From Clostridia bacterium (GTDB lineage: Bacteria > Bacillota > Clostridia > Oscillospirales > JAAYXM01), in contig JAFYQP010000068.1 in the NCBI GenBank assembly GCA_017559855.1, forward strand, positions 5,636-69,635: 64,000 nucleotides of DNA, in the 5' to 3' direction. This document shows positions 46,755 through 56,186 of the stretch, one piece after another (the stretch's first letter is position 1; every line of letters begins with the position of its first letter). A model generated the notes under the pieces. It worked only from the letters and a program-made list of their open reading frames with translations, did no database searches and was not told the DNA's origin. The position numbers and the translations under genes were made by a program.

Positions 46755-48541
46755 AATAACCCCTTTAGTTCGTTTAGATCATTTTTAAACACGTTAAGTG
46801 CCATCAGAATAGGCTCTTGGGTACGCAAATCCGCACCCGCAGTAGCAAGTAAATTAAGAGGATAATCCGAATCTCCGCTCTTTAAAAATTCCAGATAACG
46901 GTCCACCCCATTATCAGTATTTAATATCCTGTCAACAAGTGAAACTGCAGCGGAATATCCGGTAGCATACTGATAAACGTAGAAATCCGAATAAAAATGA
47001 GGTATTCTCGCCCACTCCATTGCTATTTCTTCATCTATCCTTGCACCGCCGCCCATGTAGTCGCAATTCAGCTTATAGTAAACGTCACTTAAGTATTCCG
47101 CTGTAAGAGACTCTCCGTTTTCATATGCCGCATGAATTGTTTTCTCAAATTCAGCAAACATGGTCTGTCTGAAAACCGTTGTACGGAATTCTTCCAGACG
47201 GTGTCCAATCAAATAAGCACGGAACTTCTTATCATCGGTATTCTTCAAAAGGTACTCCATGAGAAGATTTTCGTTTACCGTACTTGCAACCTCGGCAACA
47301 AAAATTTTATAGTTTTTGTATATCGGAGGTTGGTTTCTGTTTGTATAATACGAGTGCATTGCGTGTCCCATTTCGTGTGCAAGTGTGAACACGTCAGACA
47401 ATGTCCCGTCAAAGTTGAGTAATACATAAGGATGCACATCATTACTGCCCCAGGAATAAGCACCGGAAGTTTTGCCACGATTTTCATAAACGTCTACCCA
47501 ACGGTCTTCAAAGGCACGCTTCATATCGGAAACATACTGTTCTCCCAAAGGCTTAACCGCATTGAGCACAAGATCTCTCGCCTCTTCAAAAGTGTATTTT
47601 CTCTCATCTGTCTCAACAATTGGAACATACACATCGTAAAGGTGAACCTCATCTACATCCAAAACTCTTTTTCTCAGTTTCAAGTACTCATCAAGAGCAG
47701 GCAAGCCTTTTCTGATAGTTGAAATTAGATTATCATAAACATCGACAGATATATTATCTACTCCAAGTGCCATTTCAATCGCACTGTTATATTTGCGGAC
47801 ATTTGCGAAATAACATGTCTTTTTAACATTGGACGATAGTGTTGCCGCAAGTGTGTTTTCCCATTTTTTATATTCACGGTAAACCGCAGAGAAAGCATCG
47901 CAACGCACACGTCTGTCATGCGACTGTAAAAGGGCGGCGTATCTGCCGTGTGTTACCTCTATATCGTTACCGTTCTCATCAACAATACTGTCAAATTTAA
48001 GATCGGCGTGATTCCACATTTCAAATATCTCGCCCGCCGCATCACCGATTTCTGACGTATGTGCAAGAATCGCCTCTTCTTTTGGACTCAGCACATGCTC
48101 GCTTTCACGAAAAAGATTCTCAAGATAGTGTTCATACAGACTAAGTTTTTCACATTCAGATACCCAATTCATCACTTTATCTTTGCCTATAGCAATGATT
48201 TCAGGCTCGAGAAACGCCTCTTTTGAACTAACTTCAGTCATAGTTCGCATTGCACGATCGGTCATCGCTTGATACTTGCCCACAGAGTTATCCTCGTCTC
48301 TGTGCATTTTCGCAAAGGCATATATTCGAAGTAATTTCTCAGATATCTCCATACTAAGTTCCAATGCATTAAGCAACGTCTCTTTATCTTTGATTACGCC
48401 TTTAAATTCGCACAATCTATCAGAAAGTTTTGCCCCTTCAGCAAGTGCATTTTCCCAAAGGTCATCACTTTCAAACAGATCGGATAATCTCCAAGTATAC
48501 TCTTCGGGAATTTCATTTCTATTCAAAATTTCATTGTTCAT
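46751..48541 (-). CDS. pepF: oligoendopeptidase F (M3B)
   Basis: 596 aa with HEMGHAMH zinc motif and downstream E ligand region. Confidence 0.9.
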   Translation of the reverse strand: MNNEILNRNEIPEEYTWRLSDLFESDDLWENALAEGAKLSDRLCEFKGVIKDKETLLNALELSMEISEKLLRIYAFAKMHRDEDNSVGKYQAMTDRAMRTMTEVSSKEAFLEPEIIAIGKDKVMNWVSECEKLSLYEHYLENLFRESEHVLSPKEEAILAHTSEIGDAAGEIFEMWNHADLKFDSIVDENGNDIEVTHGRYAALLQSHDRRVRCDAFSAVYREYKKWENTLAATLSSNVKKTCYFANVRKYNSAIEMALGVDNISVDVYDNLISTIRKGLPALDEYLKLRKRVLDVDEVHLYDVYVPIVETDERKYTFEEARDLVLNAVKPLGEQYVSDMKRAFEDRWVDVYENRGKTSGAYSWGSNDVHPYVLLNFDGTLSDVFTLAHEMGHAMHSYYTNRNQPPIYKNYKIFVAEVASTVNENLLMEYLLKNTDDKKFRAYLIGHRLEEFRTTVFRQTMFAEFEKTIHAAYENGESLTAEYLSDVYYKLNCDYMGGGARIDEEIAMEWARIPHFYSDFYVYQYATGYSAAVSLVDRILNTDNGVDRYLEFLKSGDSDYPLNLLATAGADLRTQEPILMALNVFKNDLNELKGLL

Positions 48542-48578
48542 TTAATCAACACTCCAAAAGTTTTAAATACATATAACA

Positions 48579-48607
48579 AGTTTATCATTACATAAAAATA
48601 CCGTCAA
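48579..48607 (-). promoter_or_regulatory. candidate sigma-A promoter of pepF
   Basis: On the minus strand: TTGACG, 17-nt spacer, TAAACT. Confidence 0.4.
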
Positions 48608-48628
48608 GATTTTTATATTCATTAGGTA

Positions 48629-48656
48629 TTGACAAATGGTTTTTAAGGTTTATAAT
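48629..48656 (+). promoter_or_regulatory. sigma-A promoter of the aro T-box leader
   Basis: Consensus TTGACA (48629-48634), 16-nt spacer, TATAAT (48651-48656). Confidence 0.65.
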
Positions 48657-48662
48657 TGAGTT

Positions 48663-48955
48663 ATAAGAAAAAAGCTGTGACGGAGTAAAGTACGTACATC
48701 TTGAATTTTCAGGGAGAGTTTGTCGTGACTGAAAGCAAACTTAAAGGATGATGTGCAGAAGTTCCCTCCTGAGCTCATCGACCGAACAAATAGTAAGTTG
48801 GTGCGGGTTGCATCCTCCGTTATAGGGATAGGATATCCGGGATAAGTCCCACGTATCCGAAAAGAGAGCGCTCTTATTTTTTGAGCGAATACGGGTGGTA
48901 ACGCGGAAAGTTTTTTGCCTTTCGTCCCGATTTTACGGGAACGGGGGCTTTTTTT
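48663..48955 (+). promoter_or_regulatory. T-box riboswitch leader, probable Phe (UUC) specifier
   Basis: Elements seen: K-turn (AGC-TGT-GA / GA-GCT), Specifier Loop with AGTA on the 5' side and GAA-G-TTC-C on the 3' side (UUC at 48762-48764), AG-bulge GGGAGAG, AGTA box 48791, F-box CCGTTA 48817, and T-box sequence AATACGGGTGGTAACGCGG at 48888-48906, then a terminator. Confidence 0.8.
48917..48955 (+). terminator. T-box terminator hairpin
   Basis: gcctttcgtcccg / cgggaacgggggc imperfect stem followed by a T7 run. Its 5' arm can alternatively pair with the T-box sequence to form the antiterminator. Confidence 0.7.
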
Positions 48956-48988
48956 ATATCTGTTCCCGAAAGAAAAGGAGTTTTTTCT

Positions 48989-50005
48989 ATGATAATCGTA
49001 CTCAAACAAGGAACAACAGAGATTGAACGAGAACCGCTTTGCAAACGTCTGGAAGAAAAAGGTGTTAAGGTAAATGCAATCACCGGTGCCGAGACGACAA
49101 TTTTAGGTCTTGTCGGCGATACGTCGGTACTTGACTTGGACCAAATCAAAACCGAAGACGTGGTCGCTCGTGTTATGAAGGTTCAAGAGCCTTTCAAACT
49201 TTCAAACCGCAAATTCCATCCTGAAAACACAGTAATTTCCGTTGGCAATACTACAATCGGCGGAAACGAACTTTGCATTATGGCAGGCCCTTGCTCCATC
49301 GAATCGCAGGAGCAACTTTTCTCTGCCGCAGATGACGTGAAAGCGTATGGTGCACAAATCCTGCGTGGCGGTGCTTTCAAGCCCAGAACCTCTCCTTATG
49401 CTTTTCAGGGACTTCGTGGCGAAGGTCTTCTCCTTCTCAAACAAGCGAAAGAACGCACCGGTATGCCGGTAGTTTCCGAAATAACAAATCCGTTCTATCT
49501 TGAAATGTTTATCGAATACGTGGATATTCTTCAAGTCGGTGCCAGAAATATGCAAAACTTCGAGTTATTAAAAGAACTCGGCCACATAAACAAGCCCGTA
49601 ATGCTAAAAAGAGGTTTCTCAAACACGATCGAAGAACTTTTAATGTCCGCTGAATACATTATGTCCGGCGGTAATAAAAACGTCATTCTCTGTGAACGCG
49701 GAATACGCACTTTCGAAACATTCACCAGAAACACCCTTGACATAAGTGCCATTCCCGCATTGAAGACAGAAAGTCATTTACCCGTAATCGTCGATCCGAG
49801 TCACGCATCCGGTATTACCTGGATGGTTGAACCGCTTGCAAAAGCAGCAATTGCCGCAGGTGCTGACGGTCTTATGATCGAAGTTCATCCGCAACCTAAA
49901 TGTGCCGCTTGTGACGGTGCACAGTCTCTTACACCTACTATGTTCGGCGAAATTATGGAAAGACTTAAACCGGTCGCAAATGCTGTTGGACGCACTTTAA
50001 AATAG
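48989..50005 (+). CDS. aroF: 3-deoxy-7-phosphoheptulonate (DAHP) synthase, type I-beta with N-terminal ferredoxin-like regulatory domain
   Basis: The catalytic barrel starts around GNELCIMAGPCSIES. It is preceded by a ~75-aa domain (MIIVLKQGTTEIEREPLCKRLEEKGVKVN...), as in the Thermotoga-type enzyme. Confidence 0.85.
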   Translation: MIIVLKQGTTEIEREPLCKRLEEKGVKVNAITGAETTILGLVGDTSVLDLDQIKTEDVVARVMKVQEPFKLSNRKFHPENTVISVGNTTIGGNELCIMAGPCSIESQEQLFSAADDVKAYGAQILRGGAFKPRTSPYAFQGLRGEGLLLLKQAKERTGMPVVSEITNPFYLEMFIEYVDILQVGARNMQNFELLKELGHINKPVMLKRGFSNTIEELLMSAEYIMSGGNKNVILCERGIRTFETFTRNTLDISAIPALKTESHLPVIVDPSHASGITWMVEPLAKAAIAAGADGLMIEVHPQPKCAACDGAQSLTPTMFGEIMERLKPVANAVGRTLK

Positions 50006-50017
50006 GGAGTTTTCTTT

Positions 50018-51049
50018 ATGCTTAAATTAAAACAAAGTGAAATACTTATAGAAAACGGTGCTATCAATCATGCGGGAGAACTGCTTTCTCAGATAACAAA
50101 AAGTAATCGTTGTGCTGTTGTTTCCGACACAAACGTTGCACCCTTATATTTAGACAAGTTAAAATCAATACTAAGATCTGCCGGCTTTACTGTGGTTTCT
50201 TATATTATTCCCGCAGGAGAGGCATCGAAAACTCTTGCTACGGTTGAAAAGATATACACATTTCTCGCAAATGAAAATTTCATCAAAACAGATGCAATCA
50301 TTGCTCTTGGCGGCGGCGTCATCGGTGATATAACCGGATTCGTTGCGGCAACTTATCTTCGTGGTATATCTTCTATGCAAATACCAACCTCATTGCTCGC
50401 ACAGGTAGATTCATCGGTCGGCGGAAAATGCGGCGTAGACTTACCTGCAGGTAAAAATATGGTTGGTGCATTTCATCAGCCGTTAAGAGTTGTAATAGAT
50501 CCCGATCTGCTCACTACCCTACCGGAACATTTCGTCGCAGACGGTATGGCAGAGGTAATTAAATACGGTGCTATTTTCGACGAGCAACTTCTTGAAAAAA
50601 TCGAGAAAGAAAAAATATCAACCGACATTATCCGTGCATGTGTAACTCATAAACGGGACGTTGTTGTCAGGGATGAGTTTGATAACGGTGAGCGTATGCT
50701 TTTAAACTTCGGGCATACTGCCGCACATTCAATAGAGGCAATCGGAAATTACACAAAACATACCCACGGCTTCGCGGTTTCCATTGGTATGATATATGCA
50801 GCAAGGCTCGGTGAAAAATTAGGGCTTACCGAGTCGGGCACCGCACTTCGTCTTGCAAATATTTTAAAGTCAGTGGGACTACCCACCGAACTTCCTTATG
50901 AGGAAAAAGCGATTTTAGAACATATGTTAAATGACAAAAAAATGCGTAACGGCAAACTGAATATAATTTTATTAGACCGGCTTGGTTTGGGTAAAATTGT
51001 ACCGTTTAGCCCTGATGAAGTGATAAACTTCAATACTTGCGAGGAGTGA
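50018..51049 (+). CDS. aroB: 3-dehydroquinate synthase
   Basis: GGGVIGDITGFVAATYLRG motif and metal-binding His region NFGHTAAH. Confidence 0.9.
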   Translation: MLKLKQSEILIENGAINHAGELLSQITKSNRCAVVSDTNVAPLYLDKLKSILRSAGFTVVSYIIPAGEASKTLATVEKIYTFLANENFIKTDAIIALGGGVIGDITGFVAATYLRGISSMQIPTSLLAQVDSSVGGKCGVDLPAGKNMVGAFHQPLRVVIDPDLLTTLPEHFVADGMAEVIKYGAIFDEQLLEKIEKEKISTDIIRACVTHKRDVVVRDEFDNGERMLLNFGHTAAHSIEAIGNYTKHTHGFAVSIGMIYAARLGEKLGLTESGTALRLANILKSVGLPTELPYEEKAILEHMLNDKKMRNGKLNIILLDRLGLGKIVPFSPDEVINFNTCEE

Positions 51050-51054
51050 TCAAT

Positions 51055-52155
51055 ATGGGTTCTACATATGGCAAAATATTAAATATTTCGATTTTTGGCG
51101 AGTCACACGGTCCTGCCGTTGGCGTTACAATTGACAATTTCCCCTGCGGTATCGAAGTGGATATGGACTTTATTATGCAGGAGATGTCACGCCGTGCCCC
51201 AAGCGACGCACCGTCCAGCACATCAAGACGTGAGAAAGACATTCCCCAAATAGTTTCAGGTGTCAAAAATGGTGTCACTACAGGTGCTCCAATTACCATA
51301 CTTATTGAGAACACGAATGCAAAAAGCGGCGACTATTCACCCTTTGCAACCACTCCCCGTCCGGGACACGCAGATTTTACTGCAAACGTAAGATACTCCG
51401 GACATCATGATCCGAATGGTGGCGGTCACTTTTCAGGTCGTCTTACCGCACCTATTGTTTTTGCTGGTGCACTTTGCAAACTTGCCTTAAAACGAGACAA
51501 CATAAAAATCGGTGCACACCTTCTTCAAGTTGGTGATATGTTCGACGATCAATTTACTCAATCAATTTTAAACGAGTCACTTTTAGATGAACTTCGCACA
51601 AAGAACGCCCCTATAATCAATCCCCTTGCGGAAACCGCAATTGATAAACTTGTTAGAGACACCGCAGCGAAAGGCGACTCCATAGGAGGGGTTGTTGAAT
51701 GTGCCGTGCTTAATGCACCCGCAGGACTTGGAAGCCCGATTTTCGATGCAGTAGAGTCTCGTCTTTCAAGTTTTCTTTTCTCAATTCCTGCGGTGCGAGG
51801 TGTTGAGTTTGGAGCAGGTTTCGGCGTTGCTTTTATGAGTGGCAGCGAAAACAACGACGAATTCTATATGGACGAAGGCAAAATCAGAACAAAAACCAAC
51901 AATCACGGCGGTGCATTAGGTGGCATTACTACCGGTATGCCCATCTTATTCCGCACCGCATTCAAGCCGACGCCGTCTATATTTAAGACACAGAATACCG
52001 TTGATTTGGTTCAAAGATGCGACGCTACGGTTACCATAAACGGACGACATGATCCGTGCATTGCCTTTCGTGCCGTTCCCGTTTGTGAGGCTGCTGCTGC
52101 TATAGTTTTACTAGATTTATATCTGGAGGCTTACGGATATGAAAAATTTAGATGA
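51055..52155 (+). CDS. aroC: chorismate synthase
   Basis: IFGESHGPAVG and RPGHAD motifs. A GAGGAG RBS lies 8 nt before ATG 51055. Confidence 0.9.
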   Translation: MGSTYGKILNISIFGESHGPAVGVTIDNFPCGIEVDMDFIMQEMSRRAPSDAPSSTSRREKDIPQIVSGVKNGVTTGAPITILIENTNAKSGDYSPFATTPRPGHADFTANVRYSGHHDPNGGGHFSGRLTAPIVFAGALCKLALKRDNIKIGAHLLQVGDMFDDQFTQSILNESLLDELRTKNAPIINPLAETAIDKLVRDTAAKGDSIGGVVECAVLNAPAGLGSPIFDAVESRLSSFLFSIPAVRGVEFGAGFGVAFMSGSENNDEFYMDEGKIRTKTNNHGGALGGITTGMPILFRTAFKPTPSIFKTQNTVDLVQRCDATVTINGRHDPCIAFRAVPVCEAAAAIVLLDLYLEAYGYEKFR

Positions 52156-53254
52156 GTTGAGAGTTGAAATTGACTCAATAGACAATGAACTTGCAAAACT
52201 TCTAAAGAAACGCCTTAATGTTTCATTAGATGTTGCAAAATATAAATCTGCAAACAATTTGCCAATACACCACAAAGATCGTGAAGTTGCAATCTTGGAT
52301 GCCTTTGCAAAGAAATTTTCCGATGAAGAAGCACCGTTTGCACGTGCGTTCTTAAAAGGTGTAATCCGTCAAAGCAGAGAATATCAGTACTATCTAAACA
52401 GAAATAAAATTCCCGCCTGCGACGCAAACCTAAACCCTGACACGGTATTCTATCCCGGAGTTGCAGGCTCACATTCCGAAATTTGTGCATCCGAACTCTA
52501 CCCTGATGCAAAACTAATTCCCTGCACAGGTTTTGCCGATGTTTTCGAAAAGGTTGAAAGCAATGATTATTCCGTTGGTGTTCTCCCTATGGATAACAGT
52601 ACTGCAGGCACAGTCGGCGACGTATATGATCTTCTATCCAAAGGTAATTTCTCAATCGTACAAGCAACCACACGGTCAATCTCACACTACTTATTGGCAC
52701 CTAAAGGTTCAACTAAAGAAAATTTGAAGCAGGTTTATTCCCACCCTCAGGCTCTTACGCAGTGCTCAGGATATTTAAAGAGAAATGGTTACGTTGCGAT
52801 TGAGGCGTCAAACACGGCAGTTGCCGCAGAATACGTTTCAAATTTAAACGATTTAACCGTTGCCGCAATCGCCTCTAAAGAAACTGCACGTTTGTACAAC
52901 CTCGATATTATTGATGAGAAAATAAATGACGAGAACACCAACCAGACTCGTTTTGTCTGTATATCGAAAAAGCCTTTCATAACAGATGATGCGAACAAAA
53001 TGAGTCTTGCATTCGACTTGCCCAATGAGCCGGGTGCTCTTTCCGACATACTTGCGGCATTTTCCGATTTTGGAATCAATTTAACCAAAATCCTGTCACG
53101 TCCAATTCCTGACAAGCCGTGGGAATACACTTTCTACTTAGACTGTGTATATTCAGCGAAAAATGAATATTTAGACGGTCTTTTAACACATCTCAGGGCC
53201 GAACTCCCCTCGGTAAAACTTCTTGGAATCTATCACGAGGAGGAAATTAAATGA
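52139..53254 (+). CDS. pheA: bifunctional chorismate mutase / prephenate dehydratase (P-protein)
   Basis: N-terminal AroQ-type CM (LDELRVEIDSIDNELAKLLKKR), a PDT domain with the NQTRF motif, and a C-terminal ACT domain (GALSDILAAFSDFGINLTKILSRP). Confidence 0.85.
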   Translation: MKNLDELRVEIDSIDNELAKLLKKRLNVSLDVAKYKSANNLPIHHKDREVAILDAFAKKFSDEEAPFARAFLKGVIRQSREYQYYLNRNKIPACDANLNPDTVFYPGVAGSHSEICASELYPDAKLIPCTGFADVFEKVESNDYSVGVLPMDNSTAGTVGDVYDLLSKGNFSIVQATTRSISHYLLAPKGSTKENLKQVYSHPQALTQCSGYLKRNGYVAIEASNTAVAAEYVSNLNDLTVAAIASKETARLYNLDIIDEKINDENTNQTRFVCISKKPFITDDANKMSLAFDLPNEPGALSDILAAFSDFGINLTKILSRPIPDKPWEYTFYLDCVYSAKNEYLDGLLTHLRAELPSVKLLGIYHEEEIK

Positions 53255-54519
53255 ACATAACCCCTTCAAACGGACTTAACGGAACTGTTTGTGTACAAGG
53301 TGATAAGTCAATCTCGCACCGTGCAATAATGTTCGGTGCTCTGTCAGACGGAGTTTGTAATATATCACACTTTTTAATGAGTGATGATTGTCTTGCAACA
53401 ATAGACTGTTTCCGCAAAATGGGTGTTGAAATCGAGGCTTGCGACGAAACCGTTCGTGTGCAAGGCGTGGGAATCAACGGCCTTAAAGCACCTATTAGTC
53501 CCCTTTACACAGGAAATTCCGGTACAACCACTCGCCTTCTATGCGGCCTTTTAGCGGCACAAAATTTTAATTCATCAATAAACGGAGATGAGTCCATACA
53601 AACCCGTCCTATGGCAAGAGTAGCAACGCCACTTAAACTTATGGGTGCAGACATAGAACTCACAAACGAAAATTTCTGTCCCATAGAAATTCACGGCACC
53701 GAACTTTACGGAATTGATTATACCTTACCGGTAGCAAGTGCTCAGCTTAAATCCGCACTTATTCTTGCAGGTCTATATGCCAACGGTAAAATGGTTATAA
53801 CCGAGCAAAGAGAGTCCCGAAATCACACCGAGCATATGTTGAAAAACCTCGGTGCAAACATAGAAATTAACAGAAATAAAATTACCGTTGAAAAAACCGA
53901 GAAAATCTCTTCGTTTGACTTAGATGTTCCCGGTGATATTTCTTCTGCCGCTTTCTTTATTGTTGCAGGACTCATAGTGCCTAACAGCGAAATTATACTA
54001 AAGAACGTAGGCATTAACAAAACACGTGCAGGAGTTATTGATTTGCTTATAAAAATGGGTGGAGACATAACCATAACAAACCGTGATGCGTCTTTAGAGC
54101 CCACTTGCGACCTTATTGTAAAGTCATCCAAGTTAAAAGCAATTGACATTTGCGGCGATATCATTCCAAACGTAATTGACGAATTGCCAATACTTGCGGT
54201 TGCTGCATCATTTGCAGAAGGTAAAACAAATATTCGTGATGCAAGTGAACTCCGCCACAAGGAATCAGACAGAATTTCCGCTATGTGCACAGAACTTAAA
54301 AAAGGCAGAATTGACGTTGTGGAAACGCCTGACGGTATGATAATAAACGGTGGCGAGGCTTTTGGTGGTGATTTCATTTCATATAATGACCATCGAATTG
54401 CCATGGCTATGACGATTTTTGCACTTGCCGCAAAAACTCCGTCATCACTTAGTGGCGAAGATGCCGTTAGCATATCATATCCTAACTTTTTTAACGATTT
54501 AAATTCATTAAGGGGGTAA
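53251..54519 (+). CDS. aroA: 3-phosphoshikimate 1-carboxyvinyltransferase (EPSP synthase)
   Basis: GDKSISHR and LYTGNSGTTTRLL motifs, 422 aa. Confidence 0.9.
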   Translation: MNITPSNGLNGTVCVQGDKSISHRAIMFGALSDGVCNISHFLMSDDCLATIDCFRKMGVEIEACDETVRVQGVGINGLKAPISPLYTGNSGTTTRLLCGLLAAQNFNSSINGDESIQTRPMARVATPLKLMGADIELTNENFCPIEIHGTELYGIDYTLPVASAQLKSALILAGLYANGKMVITEQRESRNHTEHMLKNLGANIEINRNKITVEKTEKISSFDLDVPGDISSAAFFIVAGLIVPNSEIILKNVGINKTRAGVIDLLIKMGGDITITNRDASLEPTCDLIVKSSKLKAIDICGDIIPNVIDELPILAVAASFAEGKTNIRDASELRHKESDRISAMCTELKKGRIDVVETPDGMIINGGEAFGGDFISYNDHRIAMAMTIFALAAKTPSSLSGEDAVSISYPNFFNDLNSLRG

Positions 54520-54523
54520 TTTT

Positions 54524-55888
54524 ATGGTTTTAAATTTAGAAGAGTTCAAAAAATTCACCCCTAAAAAAAAGACGATAGCCGTTATGGGAAAACCCATACA
54601 TCACTCGCTATCGCCTATCTTACATACTGAGTTTTCAAAAGAAACGGGAATTGATTTTGACTATATTGCTCTTGAAGTATCGCCCGATGAGTTTCCTGCT
54701 GCTTTAAAACTCGCAAAAGAGAAATTATGTGGTTTCAATTTAACCATGCCTCTAAAGCAAACTGTAATCCCCTATCTTGACGAAGCGGACAAAGAGGTTA
54801 CGCTCACCCAAAGTGCAAACACGGTAGTAATCAACAATGGAAGATTGCACGGTTACACCACCGACGGTGTCGGTCTTGTAGATGCTCTGCTTCTCAAAAC
54901 TGAAACACTAAAAAACAAAGCCGTTCTTATTTTAGGTGCCGGTGGTGCCGCAAGGTCTGTTGCAAGTGCACTTGTCGCTTCAGGGGTAGTGGTGTCGGTA
55001 GCGGTTCGTTCCGAAGAAAAAGGAAAAGCCTTTTCATCCATACTCCCCTGCAACTATGTTTTATTTGATGATATATATGACAAATATGACATATTGATAA
55101 ATGCAACACCCGTAGGTATGAATGATGATGACTTGCCACCTATTGACATTTCAAAGTTGCAACGGTTAACACTTGTTTACGACTGTATATATAACCCACC
55201 AATGACAAAACTGCTTCGAGATGCAAGGGATAGTGGAATCGCATACGATAACGGTCTTTCAATGCTTGTTCTACAAGGAGCCTACAGTGAGCAGTATTGG
55301 TTTAGTGCAGATATTTCAAATGCAGTTATAGACAGCATAATGAGAAAACTTCGTGCAAGTCAAGCACTTGCACGTCTTGCCGAGGTACACGGTAAAAGCA
55401 ACATCGTTTTAACCGGTTTTATGGGCTGCGGCAAAACCACTATCGGTAAGATGTTGGCGGATGCGATTGGATTTGATTTCGTTGATTTGGATGAAAAAAT
55501 AGAGTCTGAGCAAAATATGAAAATAACCGAAATTTTCAGCAAGTATGGTGAGGAATTTTTCAGAAAATTGGAACGTAATGCTTGTCAAGATTGTACAAAC
55601 CTTAAGCATACGGTAATCGCAACCGGAGGCGGTACGGTCATTCGTTCCGACAATGCTGAAATCTTAAAGAAAAACTCACTTTTGATTTTCCTTAACAAAA
55701 AACTTGATGAAATTTACCGCAATCTTGAAGGTAGCACAAATCGGCCTCTATTAATGGTCGAAAATGTTCATGAACATATTCGTTCTCTTTATGAATTCAG
55801 ACAACCACAATACTTAGAGCGTTCTGAATTGGATGTAACATTCCCTGATGGTGCAGAGCCGGTAAATGAAATTTTATTATCCATATAG
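54524..55888 (+). CDS. aroE: fused shikimate dehydrogenase (AroE) / shikimate kinase (AroK)
   Basis: The N-terminal ~275 aa carry SLSPILH, NLTMPLK and GAGGAARS. The C-terminal ~170 aa carry the P-loop GFMGCGKTTIG and GGG lid motifs. Confidence 0.85.
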   Translation: MVLNLEEFKKFTPKKKTIAVMGKPIHHSLSPILHTEFSKETGIDFDYIALEVSPDEFPAALKLAKEKLCGFNLTMPLKQTVIPYLDEADKEVTLTQSANTVVINNGRLHGYTTDGVGLVDALLLKTETLKNKAVLILGAGGAARSVASALVASGVVVSVAVRSEEKGKAFSSILPCNYVLFDDIYDKYDILINATPVGMNDDDLPPIDISKLQRLTLVYDCIYNPPMTKLLRDARDSGIAYDNGLSMLVLQGAYSEQYWFSADISNAVIDSIMRKLRASQALARLAEVHGKSNIVLTGFMGCGKTTIGKMLADAIGFDFVDLDEKIESEQNMKITEIFSKYGEEFFRKLERNACQDCTNLKHTVIATGGGTVIRSDNAEILKKNSLLIFLNKKLDEIYRNLEGSTNRPLLMVENVHEHIRSLYEFRQPQYLERSELDVTFPDGAEPVNEILLSI

Positions 55889-55899
55889 GAGTTGATATT

Positions 55900-56148
55900 A
55901 TGATAAAAAAAGGAACATACACAACAAGAGGCGTATGCTCACGAAAAATTGACTATGAAATTGAAGACGGCATTGTAAAAAACATTGAGTTCACCGGCGG
56001 TTGCAACGGAAACTTGTCCGGTATAAGTCGTTTGGTAAAAGGAATGCCGATCGAAAAGGTTGTAGAACTTCTGGAAGGCACAACTTGCGGATATAAGGAA
56101 ACAAGTTGTCCCGATCAATTAGCACAAGCTCTGAAACAAGAACTTTAA
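55900..56148 (+). CDS. TSCPD-domain small protein (TIGR03905-like, function unknown)
   Basis: 82 aa with FTGGCNGNLSGISRL and ETSCPDQLAQAL motifs. Confidence 0.7.
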   Translation: MIKKGTYTTRGVCSRKIDYEIEDGIVKNIEFTGGCNGNLSGISRLVKGMPIEKVVELLEGTTCGYKETSCPDQLAQALKQEL

Positions 56149-56150
56149 AA

Positions 56151-56186
56151 AAATCCCCCCGTCCACCGGACGGAGGGATTTTTTAG
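56151..56186. terminator. bidirectional intrinsic terminator (aro operon / asp23)
   Basis: GC-rich stem aaatcccccc-gtcc / ggac-ggagggattt followed by a T6 run. Confidence 0.8.

Noticed and set aside
48650-49149. Minus-strand ORFs of 119 aa and 91 aa covering the aro leader.
   Set aside because: The region is fully explained by a T-box riboswitch with all conserved boxes on the plus strand. The ORFs have no RBS and odd composition.
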